DNA from: an uncultured Alphaproteobacteria bacterium
GTDB lineage: Bacteria; Pseudomonadota; Alphaproteobacteria; ATCC43930; CGMCC-115725
Reading direction: 5' to 3'
DNA: 64,000 nucleotides
Assembly (NCBI GenBank): GCA_963729935.1
Contig: CAVSPW010000008.1
Span: 654 to 64,653 of the forward strand
The notes beneath the pieces are model-generated. The model saw only the letters and a program-made list of their open reading frames with translations, did no database searches and was not told the DNA's origin. The first letter of the stretch is position 1. The number at the start of each line of letters is the position of its first letter. Below, one piece after another: positions 33,941 through 43,479 of the stretch. A program made the position numbers and the translations under genes.

Positions 33941-36900
33941 TTAGGGCCCGCGCGGCGAGAACAGGAACAGGTTGCGCAGGAAGCCGGGCGCCAGGGTGCT
34001 CAGCACATTGACCGAGACGTCGGGCTCGGCAAGCGGGCCGAAGACGCGGAAATTGGACGCGAACACGCCTTGCCCCTGCCCGCCCAGGAGTAGATTGCCG
34101 ATCACGGGAATGTCGCCCAGAACGGTGTTGAGCGTATAGGCCGGGACGAGCGTGCCCGAGATGTTCATCGTGCCGGCAATGCGGTCGATATCGCCGCTCG
34201 CATTGATGCCGATGGCGCCGCCATAGGCGCGCGTGTTGCGGAGCGTGATCTTGCCGGTGGCGAAATCGATCTCGCCTTCGAGCTGGTTGAAGGGAATCCC
34301 CTGGCCGCTCAACAAGGCGCCCATGCCCGAGAGCGAGGCGAGCGACAAGAGCCGCGCCAGGGTCGGCGCCTTGACGACGCGATAAGCCGAGCCTTCGGCC
34401 TTGGTGACGAGGACGCGGTGCCCGTCGCGGTCCTCGGCCGTGCCGGTCAAATCGAATTTGCCGCCCTCGATATTGGGATAGATGCCGAGATCCTTGAGCA
34501 ACGCGCCGAAATCGTCGGTGGTGAGCTTGAATTTCCGCTCGCCCGCGGCGCCGCCATAGCGCAGCCGCGCCGCGGTCTTGCCCGACAGCTTGGCGTCGAC
34601 AGTGGCGCGCTGCCAATGCGCACTGTCGCTGACGAGGAGCGCCGTGACCTCGCGCGCGATCCGGTCGGGGCCGAGCACGAGCCGGTCGAGACGCACGTCG
34701 ATGGTCAAAGGCGGCTCGGGCTCGGTCTGCGCCGAGGCGCGATCGAGATCCTCGAACAGGCCCGAGGCGTCGAGGCTCTTGCCGCTCGCGACGATGCGCC
34801 AGCCATTCTCGGCGCCGCGCGTGAAGCTGCCATGGAAGTCGTCATCGCCGGCGATCAGGTGATCGATGGCGAGGCCGCTGAAGCCTTGAGCGTCGAAGCT
34901 CGCCGAGGCCTTGCCGTCGAGCCCATCGCCCTTCAAGGTGATGTCGCGGATGGCGGTGAGCTTGTCGTCGGCGAGATCGAGCGTGAGCCGCGCGACCGCC
35001 GGCACGCCCGCGGGTTTCTTGAGGCCGATCTTCTTCACATCGAGCGCGGCGTCTTTCAGATCGACGCTCACCGCCGCCTGGCCGCGCTTGCCCGCGCCCA
35101 GATCATAGGCCGCATCGACCGCGGTCGTGCCGGTGACTTGCCCATCGAGCATGGCGAGACCGAGAGCGTCGCGCTGCGCCGCGTCGAGCGAGGCCTTCAC
35201 CTGGTAATGCGTCCGGACCGCCGCCTTGGGATCGAGCGCCTGGCGCCAGGAAAACGCAACCGGCACGCCCGCGAGCTTCGCGGTGCCGTCGACCTGCGCC
35301 GATGAATGATCGAGCTTCAGAGCGAGCGCGCCGCCGCTCAGATCGCGATCGAAGGCGATGTCCGCGAGGCTCACATCTTTGAGCGTCGCATCGGCGCTGT
35401 AATCGACATCCTTGAGCGAGAGGTCGTGGATGAGCGGAAAGGCGAAAGCGAGCTTTGCCGAAAAGCTTCCCGAAGCGCGCTTGGGATCGAGCCCGATCTC
35501 CTTGGCATAGCCCAGAGGCGGAGTGTCGAGCAGCTTCAAGGCGGTCGCGAGCGGGCCTGCGGCGCTCACATCGATCTTCGCCTGCTCGTCATGCGTGTCG
35601 AGCCGATAGAAGCGCGCCGTGCCGCCGGTCGCGCGGATATCGCCGAGATCGCCGCCGGTCGCGGCAAACTCGATCTCGGTGCGGGTGAAGCGCGCCGTGC
35701 CGTTGACGTTCTTCACCACATCGAGCGGCCGGAAATATTCGACCGAGAGGTTGCTGAACTTCATCGTGCCGTCGAACTGGCGCAGCTGCGTCGGCGGTTC
35801 CGCCCCCGGCGTCAGATCGACGTGAAGCCCAAGCCGGGCCTGGACCTCGTCGATCGTCCCGTCGCGCAGATGCTGCACCACCCAATCATGGGTGTGCGGC
35901 GAGGCCTCCGCCGGCCACAGAAGCGGGAATTCGTCGACCCGGATCCCCTGCGCGCCGAGCGCGAGATTGAAATCGAGAGCTTGGCTCTTGCCGCCGGACA
36001 GGAGATCGGGGCCGACGCCCTCGACCGTGCCCGAAGCCGTGATCGCGCCGGGCCCGAGATCGAGCGCGAGCTGGCCGAGATTGATCCGGCCGGCGACCGG
36101 ATCATAACCCGCCTGCAACTGGCCGCCCGCCAGCGCCAGCGCGCCGCCGGGCAGGAAGGCATTCTTGAGACTGCCCTTGCCGAAGCGGAAATCGACGATG
36201 CCGTCGCGCAAGACGAGCTGTCCGGGATCGAGCTCCGCGGTGAACGAGCCCGAGACCGGGAAATCGACGGCGGCGAGCGGCGCCAGCGCCGGCGCCGCGC
36301 TCGACCACTGAGCCGGCTTCAGATCGTTGAAATCGAGCCGCACCACCACTTGGCGATAGGCCGGGAGATAGGTGAAATCGCCGCCGAGCTCGGGCGCGGC
36401 GGCGCCCGTTCCCATCACCATCTGGAACTTGCCGCTAGCGCGATCGGGCGCGCGGGTGAGCACGGCGCTGGCATCGGCCGCGTGCCAGACGACGCCGAGC
36501 GCGCGGTCATCGATGGTGAGGCTCGCGCTCTCGACCGACAATTGGATGAGGTAGCCGAGCGTTCCCTCGCCGCTGGGCGGCTGCAGAAGATCGCCGAGCA
36601 TCTTCTGGCCCCAATCCTCGGCCGTGTCGGCCGGCTCGTCGCCGATGCCGAAATGGAAGCGTCCATCGGCGCTGCGCTCCAGGCGCAGCTCGGGCCGGGT
36701 GACGACGATGCGCGTCGGCGCGATCACGCCGCGCAAGGCGGCGCGCGCGCTGAACGCGATGGCGAGATCGCCCAAGGTCAAGGTGCCGCTGCCCGGCTGC
36801 GCGAAATGGACGCCGCGCGCCAGCACCTCGATATGGCCGCCCGGCCCGAGGCTGAGCAAGGTGTGGTCGATCGTGACGGCGAGGCCGTTGCCGGAAGACA

Positions 36901-37084
36901 AGGCGCCGGCGACGAGGGGCGCCACCACGTCGAGCGAGATCGGCCCGCGCGAGAGGAGCCAGAGGACGAAGCCCGCGAAAATGGCGAAGGTCGTGACGAA
37001 GGCCGCCGCGATGCGCAACGCGAAAATCGGGATGTGATGCCAAGTCGGACGGCGCGGCGCTTGCGGCGCTTGCGGCAGGGTCAC
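33941..37084 (-). CDS. AsmA-like/YhdP-family large envelope protein (DUF3971-type)
   Basis: 1047 aa with an N-terminal TM anchor and a long beta-rich repetitive body. The C-terminal GDIPVIGNLLLGGQGQGVFASNFRVFGPLAEPDVSVN is typical of the AsmA-like C-terminal region. Confidence 0.8.
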   Translation of the reverse strand: MTLPQAPQAPRRPTWHHIPIFALRIAAAFVTTFAIFAGFVLWLLSRGPISLDVVAPLVAGALSSGNGLAVTIDHTLLSLGPGGHIEVLARGVHFAQPGSGTLTLGDLAIAFSARAALRGVIAPTRIVVTRPELRLERSADGRFHFGIGDEPADTAEDWGQKMLGDLLQPPSGEGTLGYLIQLSVESASLTIDDRALGVVWHAADASAVLTRAPDRASGKFQMVMGTGAAAPELGGDFTYLPAYRQVVVRLDFNDLKPAQWSSAAPALAPLAAVDFPVSGSFTAELDPGQLVLRDGIVDFRFGKGSLKNAFLPGGALALAGGQLQAGYDPVAGRINLGQLALDLGPGAITASGTVEGVGPDLLSGGKSQALDFNLALGAQGIRVDEFPLLWPAEASPHTHDWVVQHLRDGTIDEVQARLGLHVDLTPGAEPPTQLRQFDGTMKFSNLSVEYFRPLDVVKNVNGTARFTRTEIEFAATGGDLGDIRATGGTARFYRLDTHDEQAKIDVSAAGPLATALKLLDTPPLGYAKEIGLDPKRASGSFSAKLAFAFPLIHDLSLKDVDYSADATLKDVSLADIAFDRDLSGGALALKLDHSSAQVDGTAKLAGVPVAFSWRQALDPKAAVRTHYQVKASLDAAQRDALGLAMLDGQVTGTTAVDAAYDLGAGKRGQAAVSVDLKDAALDVKKIGLKKPAGVPAVARLTLDLADDKLTAIRDITLKGDGLDGKASASFDAQGFSGLAIDHLIAGDDDFHGSFTRGAENGWRIVASGKSLDASGLFEDLDRASAQTEPEPPLTIDVRLDRLVLGPDRIAREVTALLVSDSAHWQRATVDAKLSGKTAARLRYGGAAGERKFKLTTDDFGALLKDLGIYPNIEGGKFDLTGTAEDRDGHRVLVTKAEGSAYRVVKAPTLARLLSLASLSGMGALLSGQGIPFNQLEGEIDFATGKITLRNTRAYGGAIGINASGDIDRIAGTMNISGTLVPAYTLNTVLGDIPVIGNLLLGGQGQGVFASNFRVFGPLAEPDVSVNVLSTLAPGFLRNLFLFSPRGP

Positions 37085-37145
37085 GCGCTTGACCCTGTGC
37101 CGGCTTGCGCGCAGTCTGCGTCTGCCATCTTCAGAGCGTTGAGCG

Positions 37146-40134
37146 ATGTCGAGCGCGTTATCGTCCCTCTCCCTTTATCGGGATCTGCCGCCGCCTGCCG
37201 ATGACGAAGCCGCCGAAATCGGCCTCGCGCGCTGGCGCGAGGCGGCCGACGAGGCGCAGGACCGGCTTCTTGCCGCCGCGATGCTCGGCCTTGCCGCCGA
37301 GCCGGCGGGCCGGCGGATTCTGGCGTCGATCTTCGGCGGCAGCCCCTATCTGACCCAATGCTGCCTCGCCGAGCCGGGCTTCCTTCTGCGGCTCGTCGAG
37401 CAGGGGCACGACCCCAGTTTCGCCGAACTCATCGGCCGGCTCAACCACGAAGTCGCCGATTTGCGCGAGACCGCGGCGCTGATGGCGGCGCTGCGGGTGG
37501 AAAAGCGGCGCGCGGCGCTGCTCATCGCGCTCGCCGATCTTTCGGGGCAATGGCCGCTCGCCCGGGTGACCGGCGCCTTGAGCGCCTTCGCCGAAACCAG
37601 CCTCGACCTCGCCGTGCGCGCGCTCCTCGGCCGGGCGCGCGGCGCGGGCGAGATCGCGCCCCTCGATCCCGAGCGCAGCGGGCTCATCGTCCTCGGCATG
37701 GGCAAGCTCGGCGCGCACGAGCTCAATTATTCGAGCGATATCGATCTCATCCTGCTCTTCGACGCCGAGCGCACGAATTATACCGGCAAGCGCGGGGTGC
37801 AGGCCTTCTTCACGGGGCTGGCGCAGGAACTCGTGCGCATCATGGCCGAGCGGACCGCCGAGGGCTATGTCTTCCGCACCGATCTGCGCCTGCGCCCCGA
37901 TCCTTCCTCGACGCCGCCCGCCGTCGCGATGGCGGCGGCGCTCAATTATTACGAAAGCGCCGGCCAGAATTGGGAGCGCGCGGCGATGATCAAGGCGCGG
38001 CCGGTGGCGGGCGACCGCGAGGCGGGCGCGGCCTTCCTCGCCGAGCTGCGCCCGTTCCTGTGGCGCAAGAACCTCGATTTCGCCGCGATCCAGGACATTC
38101 ATTCGATCAAGCGGCAGATCAACGCGCATCGCGGCGGCGCCCGGATCGCGGTCGAAGGCCACGACATCAAGCTCGGCCGCGGCGGCATCCGCGAGATCGA
38201 GTTCTTCGCCCAGACGCAGCAATTGATCTGGGGCGGGAGAAAGCCCGAGCTGCGCCTGCCCGGCACGCTCGACACCCTCAACGCGCTCGCCGCGGCCGGG
38301 CATATCGGCGCGGAGGATCTCGCCGCCCTGACCGAGGCCTATCATTTCCTGCGCAAGCTCGAGCACCGGCTGCAGATGATCGACGACGCGCAGACCCACA
38401 GCGTGCCGCGCGACAGGGCCGCGCTCCGCCGCGTCGCCATCCTCATGGGCTTTGCCGATGCGGGCCCATTCGCGCAGGCGCTGACCGCGCGGCTTGCGGC
38501 GGTCGAGAGCATCTATATGCGGCTCTTCGAGGAGGCGCCGAGCCTTTCGGCGCCGGGCAATCTCGTCTTCACCGGCACCGAGGACGATCCCGAGACCTTG
38601 AAGACCATCGCCGCTCTGGGCTTCGCCGATCCGCCCAAGATCGCGGCGGTCATCCGCGGCTGGCATCACGGCCGCTATCGCGCGACCCGCAGCCAGCGCG
38701 CGCGCGAGCTCTTGACCGAGCTGGTGCCCGCCCTGCTCCAGGCCTTCGGCGCCTCGCCGCATCCCGATCTCGCCTTCCTGCGCTTCGACACCTTCCTCGC
38801 GCAATTGCCGGCCGGGGTGCAGCTCTTCTCGCTGTTTCACAGTAATCCGCGCATCCTGGCGCTCGTCGCCGAGATCATGGGCGCCGGCACCTGGCTCGCG
38901 GATGCGGTGGCGCGCCGCCCGATCCTCCTGGACGCGGTGCTCGCGGTCAGCTTCTTCGAGCCGCCGCCGCCGCGCGCCGAACTGGCGGCCGAGCTCGACG
39001 CGGCGCTCGACCGCGCGGCGCATTACGAGGACATGCTCGACCTCACCCGGCGCTGGGTCGGCGAGCGCAAATTCAAGATCGCGGTGCAGCTTTTGCGCCA
39101 CTGGCTCAACGGCGAGCGATCCGGCGCGGCCTTCGCCGACATCGCCGAGACCGCGATCGAGGCGCTGCTGCCGCGGGTGGCCGCCGAGTTCGAGCGCGGC
39201 CACGGCAAGGTCGCGGGCGGCGAGATCATCGTGCTCGGCCTCGGCAAGCTCGGCAGCCGCGAGATGACCGTCACCTCGGATCTCGACCTCATCCTCATCT
39301 ATGACGCGCCCGAGGCGGTCGAGAATTCGGACGGGGATCGCCCGCTGCCGGTCGCGACCTATTACGCGCGGCTGAGCCAGCGCTTCATCAACGCGCTGAC
39401 CGCGCTCACTTCCGAGGGCGGGCTCTACGAAGTCGATATGCGGCTGCGGCCCTCGGGCAATTCGGGCCCGCTGGCGTCTTCCTTCGCGGCCTTCCGCCAA
39501 TACCACCAGGAGCTCGCCTGGACCTGGGAGCAAATGGCCCTGACCCGCGCGCGCATCCTCGCCGGATCGCCGCGGCTCGCCGGCGCGACCAAGGCCGAGA
39601 TCGAATGGATCCTGACCCGCCCGCGCGAGGCGGGAGCGCTGGCGCTTTCGGTCGACGACATGCGCCGGCGCATCGCGGAGGAGCATCGCGATGCCGGCTT
39701 CTGGGACGTGAAGCACCGGCGCGGCGGCATGATCGACATCGAATTCATCGTCCAGTTCCTGCAGCTGCGCGACGCCGCGCGGCGCCCGGGGATGCTCGAG
39801 GTCAACACCATCGCCGCGCTTCGAGGCGGCCGAGCGCGCGGGCGCGCTCGGGCCCGAGGCGGCGCAGAGTCTCGCCCAGGCGCTGAGCTTGTGGCGCAAC
39901 GTGCAGGCACTGCTGAAGCTCACGGCGCAAGAGCCCTTCGACGCCGACGCGGCGCCGGCCGCGCTCAAGACCATTCTCGCCGCCGGCGCGGGCTCAGTTG
40001 ACTTCGCCGGCCTCAAAGAGGATATGGCGCGCGCCGCGCTCGGCGCCCGCGCGCAATACGACGCGATCATCGCCGCGCCCGCGGCATCGGCGCGCGCGGC
40101 CGGCGGGCCGGCGCCCAAAACCCAACGGAGGTAA
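37146..40134 (+). CDS. glnE: bifunctional glutamine synthetase adenylyltransferase/adenylyl-removing enzyme, with an apparent 1-nt insertion (frameshift) near 39821
   Basis: Two nucleotidyltransferase modules are present (LGMGKLGAHELNYSSDIDLILLF and LGLGKLGSREMTVTSDLDLILIY). After ..NTIAAL the conserved C-terminus (EAAERAGALGPEAAQSLAQALSLWRNVQALLKL...) continues in the +1 frame to the stop at 40134, whereas the open frame ends at 40001 with Arg-rich nonsense. Confidence 0.9.
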
Positions 40135-40139
40135 AAAAG

Positions 40140-40604
40140 ATGAGTCTCGACATCGGCGACAAGGCGCCCGATTTCACCCTGCCGACCGACGGCGACGGCT
40201 CGGTCTCCTTGGCGAAGCTCAAGGGCAAGAAGGTGGTGCTCTATTTCTACCCCAAGGACGACACCTCGGGCTGCACCGCCGAGGCCTGCGCCTTTCGCGA
40301 CATGTTCCCGCGCTTCAAGAAGATGGACGCGACCGTGATCGGCATCTCGCGCGATTCGGTCGCGAGCCACGACAAGTTCAAGAAGAAATACGAGCTGCCT
40401 TTCACTTTGGCCTCGGACACGGAAGGCAAGGTCACCGAGAAATACGGCGTCTGGGTGCAGAAGAGCATGTATGGGCGCAAATATATGGGGATCGAGCGCG
40501 CGACCTTTCTCGTCGACGAGAAGGGCAAGATCCAGCAGATCTGGCACAAGGTGAAAGTGCCCGGCCATGCCGACGAGGTGCTGAAGGCCGTCAACGCGAA
40601 GTGA
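40140..40604 (+). CDS. bcp: thioredoxin-dependent thiol peroxidase (peroxiredoxin Bcp)
   Basis: GDKAPDFTLP..KGKKVVLYFYPKDDTSGCTAEAC is the canonical Bcp active site. Confidence 0.9.
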   Translation: MSLDIGDKAPDFTLPTDGDGSVSLAKLKGKKVVLYFYPKDDTSGCTAEACAFRDMFPRFKKMDATVIGISRDSVASHDKFKKKYELPFTLASDTEGKVTEKYGVWVQKSMYGRKYMGIERATFLVDEKGKIQQIWHKVKVPGHADEVLKAVNAK

Positions 40605-40866
40605 GGCCGGGGGCGCGGTGGGGTGGCGCGCGCCATCGCCGAGCACGGCGCGCGCCGGGCGAGCGGGTCATAGGACTCGACGATGGTGGCCCCGAGCGCG
40701 CTAGCCGAGAGGAGATGGTTCTAATTGAGTATTTGAGCTTGCCCCCAACCTTGGACCACGCGGTGCCAGAAAATTCCGGCTTGAAATTCCGGGGAAATTC
40801 CGGGGACATAATACCTAATTCCCTGATGCCGCCGACGCGCGGGAGTTCGCGGAACCATCCTCCGCA

Positions 40867-41547
40867 TCAAGCCGCGCCTCGGCCTTGTTTCTTCTTCGCC
40901 TTGGGCCCCGGTTTTTGCCGCGCCAAGGGCCGCTTCAGGCGCTTTTCGAGACGCGCGACGAAGCGCGCCGAGCCGAGCGGCCGGCCGGTGCGCTCGCCGG
41001 CGCGGATCGCCGCGAGGTCTTGCGCGCCGAGGCCCGCGCGGAGGAAGGCCGGCCAATCGGGCGCGCGGTCGAGCAGCGGGCGCGCGGCGACGAGTTCGTC
41101 GTCGCGCCCCGCCAGATGCGCCCTTGCGCTCGACCAGCGCCAGTCGCGCGCCCGCCGCGCGAGACGCGCGCGCACCGGGTTGAGCTCGACATAGCGCGCG
41201 GCGGCGAGGAGGTAGGGTTCGTCCATCGGGAAAGAGGCGAAGCGCCCCTGCCACAGATAGCCGCGCCAGCCCTCGCGGAGATTGACGTGCCTGGTGTAGC
41301 GCCGGTGCGTCTCGCCCAGGGCCGCGCGCAGCCCGTCCGCATCGTGCGGCACCAGGATGAGATGAACATGGTTCGGCATGAGGCAATAGGCCCAGACCGC
41401 GACGCCCGCCGCGCGGCAGTTTTCGGCCAGGAGCGCGCGATAGACCGCGTAATCCTCGTCGCCGAAGAAGACCGGCTGGCGGCGGTTGCCGCGTTGCGTG
41501 ACGTGATGCGGCAACCCCGCCGCCACCACCCGAGCCAAGCGTGCCAT
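40867..41547 (-). CDS. IS200-like Y1 (HUH) transposase / REP-associated tyrosine transposase-like protein 1
   Basis: It has the HUH motif PNHVHLIL, the catalytic-Tyr region ARYVELNPVRARL and WRWSS, with a basic C-terminal tail. Confidence 0.8.
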   Translation of the reverse strand: MARLARVVAAGLPHHVTQRGNRRQPVFFGDEDYAVYRALLAENCRAAGVAVWAYCLMPNHVHLILVPHDADGLRAALGETHRRYTRHVNLREGWRGYLWQGRFASFPMDEPYLLAAARYVELNPVRARLARRARDWRWSSARAHLAGRDDELVAARPLLDRAPDWPAFLRAGLGAQDLAAIRAGERTGRPLGSARFVARLEKRLKRPLARQKPGPKAKKKQGRGAA

Positions 41548-41556
41548 GACGCGACG

Positions 41557-42159
41557 CTAGGCAGCCGCCGCGACCGCGTCAAGGAGTTCGGTATTGTGTC
41601 CCCGGAAATCCGCGAGCGCCGCGCGGAAGAGCGCGCGATAGGCTTGCTGCCGCTCCCCTGCCGAGGCGCCGAGCGCGCGGTAAAGCGGGTGATCCCGCGC
41701 CAGCGGATCGTCGCTGCCATGGGCGTGCGCGGCGTAGCTCGACCAGCGATAGCCGCGCGGATGAGCGACCATCCGGGCGCGTACCGGGTTGAGCTCGATG
41801 TAGCGGCAACAGGCGAGGAAATAGGCCTCGCTGTCGATCGGCGCCGCGCGATAGCGGCCTTCCCACAAGGTGCCGGTGCGCCGATGGCGCGCATTGACGT
41901 ATCGAACGTAGCGGCGCCCGAGCGATTGCATCAGGCGCGGCACGCTGTCGGCACGCTCGGGCGTCACGAGCAGATGGACGTGATTGGTCATCAGCACATA
42001 GGCATGGACGGCGCAGCCCTGCAGGGCGGCCGCCTCGGCGAGCCACTCGCGATAGCGCGCATAATCCTCGGCGTGGAGGAAAACCGGCGCGCGGTTATTG
42101 CCGCGCTGAATGATGTGGAGCGGCTGATCGGGCAAGAAATAGCGGCCAAGCCGGGCCAT
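41557..42159 (-). CDS. IS200-like Y1 (HUH) transposase / REP-associated tyrosine transposase-like protein 2
   Basis: It has the HUH motif TNHVHLLV plus CRYIELNPVRARM and YRWSSY. SD GGAGGAA lies before the ATG at 42159. By eye it shares only part of its sequence with copy 1. Confidence 0.8.
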   Translation of the reverse strand: MARLGRYFLPDQPLHIIQRGNNRAPVFLHAEDYARYREWLAEAAALQGCAVHAYVLMTNHVHLLVTPERADSVPRLMQSLGRRYVRYVNARHRRTGTLWEGRYRAAPIDSEAYFLACCRYIELNPVRARMVAHPRGYRWSSYAAHAHGSDDPLARDHPLYRALGASAGERQQAYRALFRAALADFRGHNTELLDAVAAAA

Positions 42160-42211
42160 CGATTCCTCCGTCTGACGGCGGGCGAAGACTACCGGCTGGC
42201 AGCCGAAAAAT

Positions 42212-42424
42212 CTACTCTGACCCCGATTCCCGGTGGAGCTCAACCGAATTCCCGTCCTCAAACTCGATAGTGTAAAGAATTCCATGCGGAAATGCCTTGA
42301 GAAATTCGCCACTTCGTTCCGCCTCTATGCTTATTCCAACGACTGACGCGAGTTCGCCAGGACGACATCGCGCGGGGGCGACCTGTTTGACCCTTACCGT
42401 ATCGTTGTAGCTGAACGGTGCCAT
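42212..42424 (-). CDS. small hypothetical protein (70 aa) in the A/T-richer cassette flank
   Basis: SD GAGGA lies 6 nt before the ATG at 42424. The composition is protein-like (MAPFSYNDTVRVKQVAPARCRPGELASVVGISIE...ILYTIEFEDGNSVELH). Confidence 0.4.
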   Translation of the reverse strand: MAPFSYNDTVRVKQVAPARCRPGELASVVGISIEAERSGEFLKAFPHGILYTIEFEDGNSVELHRESGSE

Positions 42425-42568
42425 AGCGATCCTCATTGATTTACTGGCAGATGGAAATTACGGGGACATAAAAATTACGGAGACATAATACTGCATTCGC
42501 CTCGGCATCGCCGCGATTGGTATGATGGCCCGGAATTCGAGCGGGCACGAGCACAGCGCGAGGTACGA

Positions 42569-43390
42569 TTGGAAGCATTGAGTTTGACCGAGGCCGCTTG
42601 CGCGGTGCTGCTTGCGCGCGAGCCGCAAGAAAAAGTCGCGCTCTCGCATCGCTTCGCCCAAGCTTGGCGCCAGGGCGCGATCGCGGCGATCGGCGCGGCG
42701 GCGCCGCCCGCGCGGCCGGCGCGGCCGGCGCTTCCCCTCTTGATGCCGCCGCGCGCGATGAAGCGGCGGCGCAGCGGCGGCTCGCTCGCCAACCGCATCG
42801 CGCTGCTGCATGCGATCGCGCATATCGAATTGAACGCGATCGATCTCGCCTGGGATCTGATCGCGCGTTTCGCCGGCTGCGATCTGCCGCGCGCTTTCTT
42901 CGACGATTGGGTCGCGGTGGCGGATGAAGAGGCCGCGCATCACGCGCTGGTCTCGAAACGCCTCGAGGCGCTCGGCGCCGCTTACGGCGATCTGCCGGCG
43001 CATGACGGGTTGTGGGAAGCCGCGCAGGCGACGGCGCATGATCTTCTGGCGCGGCTCGCGATCGTGCCGCTGGTGCTCGAGGCGCGCGGCCTCGACGTGA
43101 CGCCGCCCATGATCGAGCGCATGCGACGCTATGGCGACGCGGACAGCGCCGCCGCGCTCACGGTGATCTACGAGGAAGAGGTCGGCCATGTCGGCTGCGG
43201 CCGGCGCTGGTTCGAATGGGAATGCGCGCGGCGCGGGATCGAGCCGGTGGCGGCCTATCGCGACCTCGTGCAGCGCCATTACCGCGGCGCGTTGAAACCG
43301 CCCTTCAACCATGCGGCGCGCGGCGCGGCCGGGTTCGCGGCGGCCTTTTACGAAGGGATCGAGCCCGCCGATTTCCGCGTCGGAGAGTGA
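42569..43390 (+). CDS. DUF455 family ferritin-like (diiron) protein
   Basis: LLHAIAHIELNAIDLAWD, DEEAAHHALV and YEEEVGHVGCG are ExxH-type pairs characteristic of DUF455/MiaE-like proteins. The start is TTG. Confidence 0.7.
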   Translation: MEALSLTEAACAVLLAREPQEKVALSHRFAQAWRQGAIAAIGAAAPPARPARPALPLLMPPRAMKRRRSGGSLANRIALLHAIAHIELNAIDLAWDLIARFAGCDLPRAFFDDWVAVADEEAAHHALVSKRLEALGAAYGDLPAHDGLWEAAQATAHDLLARLAIVPLVLEARGLDVTPPMIERMRRYGDADSAAALTVIYEEEVGHVGCGRRWFEWECARRGIEPVAAYRDLVQRHYRGALKPPFNHAARGAAGFAAAFYEGIEPADFRVGE

Positions 43391-43479
43391 CAAGAATGGG
43401 CTGTGCGCAGGAGCGCCGAACACATTAGAGTATCGAGCCTGTCGCCTTTCTCCGCGGGCGCTCCGAGGAACCGAATTCC

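Larger units (their letters stand above)
40770..42495 (-). mobile_element. cassette of two tandem IS200-like/REP-associated tyrosine transposase genes plus a small ORF, bounded by a shared 19-nt motif
   Basis: The motif AATTCCGGGGACATAATAC occurs at 40796-40814 (+), 42456-42474 (+), 42473-42491 (+) and in inverted form at 41591-41609. The flanks are A/T-richer than their surroundings. The cassette sits between bcp and a DUF455 gene. Confidence 0.6.

Noticed and set aside
37158-40646. A 1162-aa ORF lies on the minus strand, antisense to glnE and bcp. Similar giant antisense ORFs occur at 43691-46594, 33156-34616, 4693-5691 and 28260-29399.
   Set aside because: Their translations are Arg/Gly/Ala/Pro-rich with no recognisable domains. 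They lie opposite genes with unmistakable family signatures. Long spurious antisense ORFs are expected in high-GC DNA.
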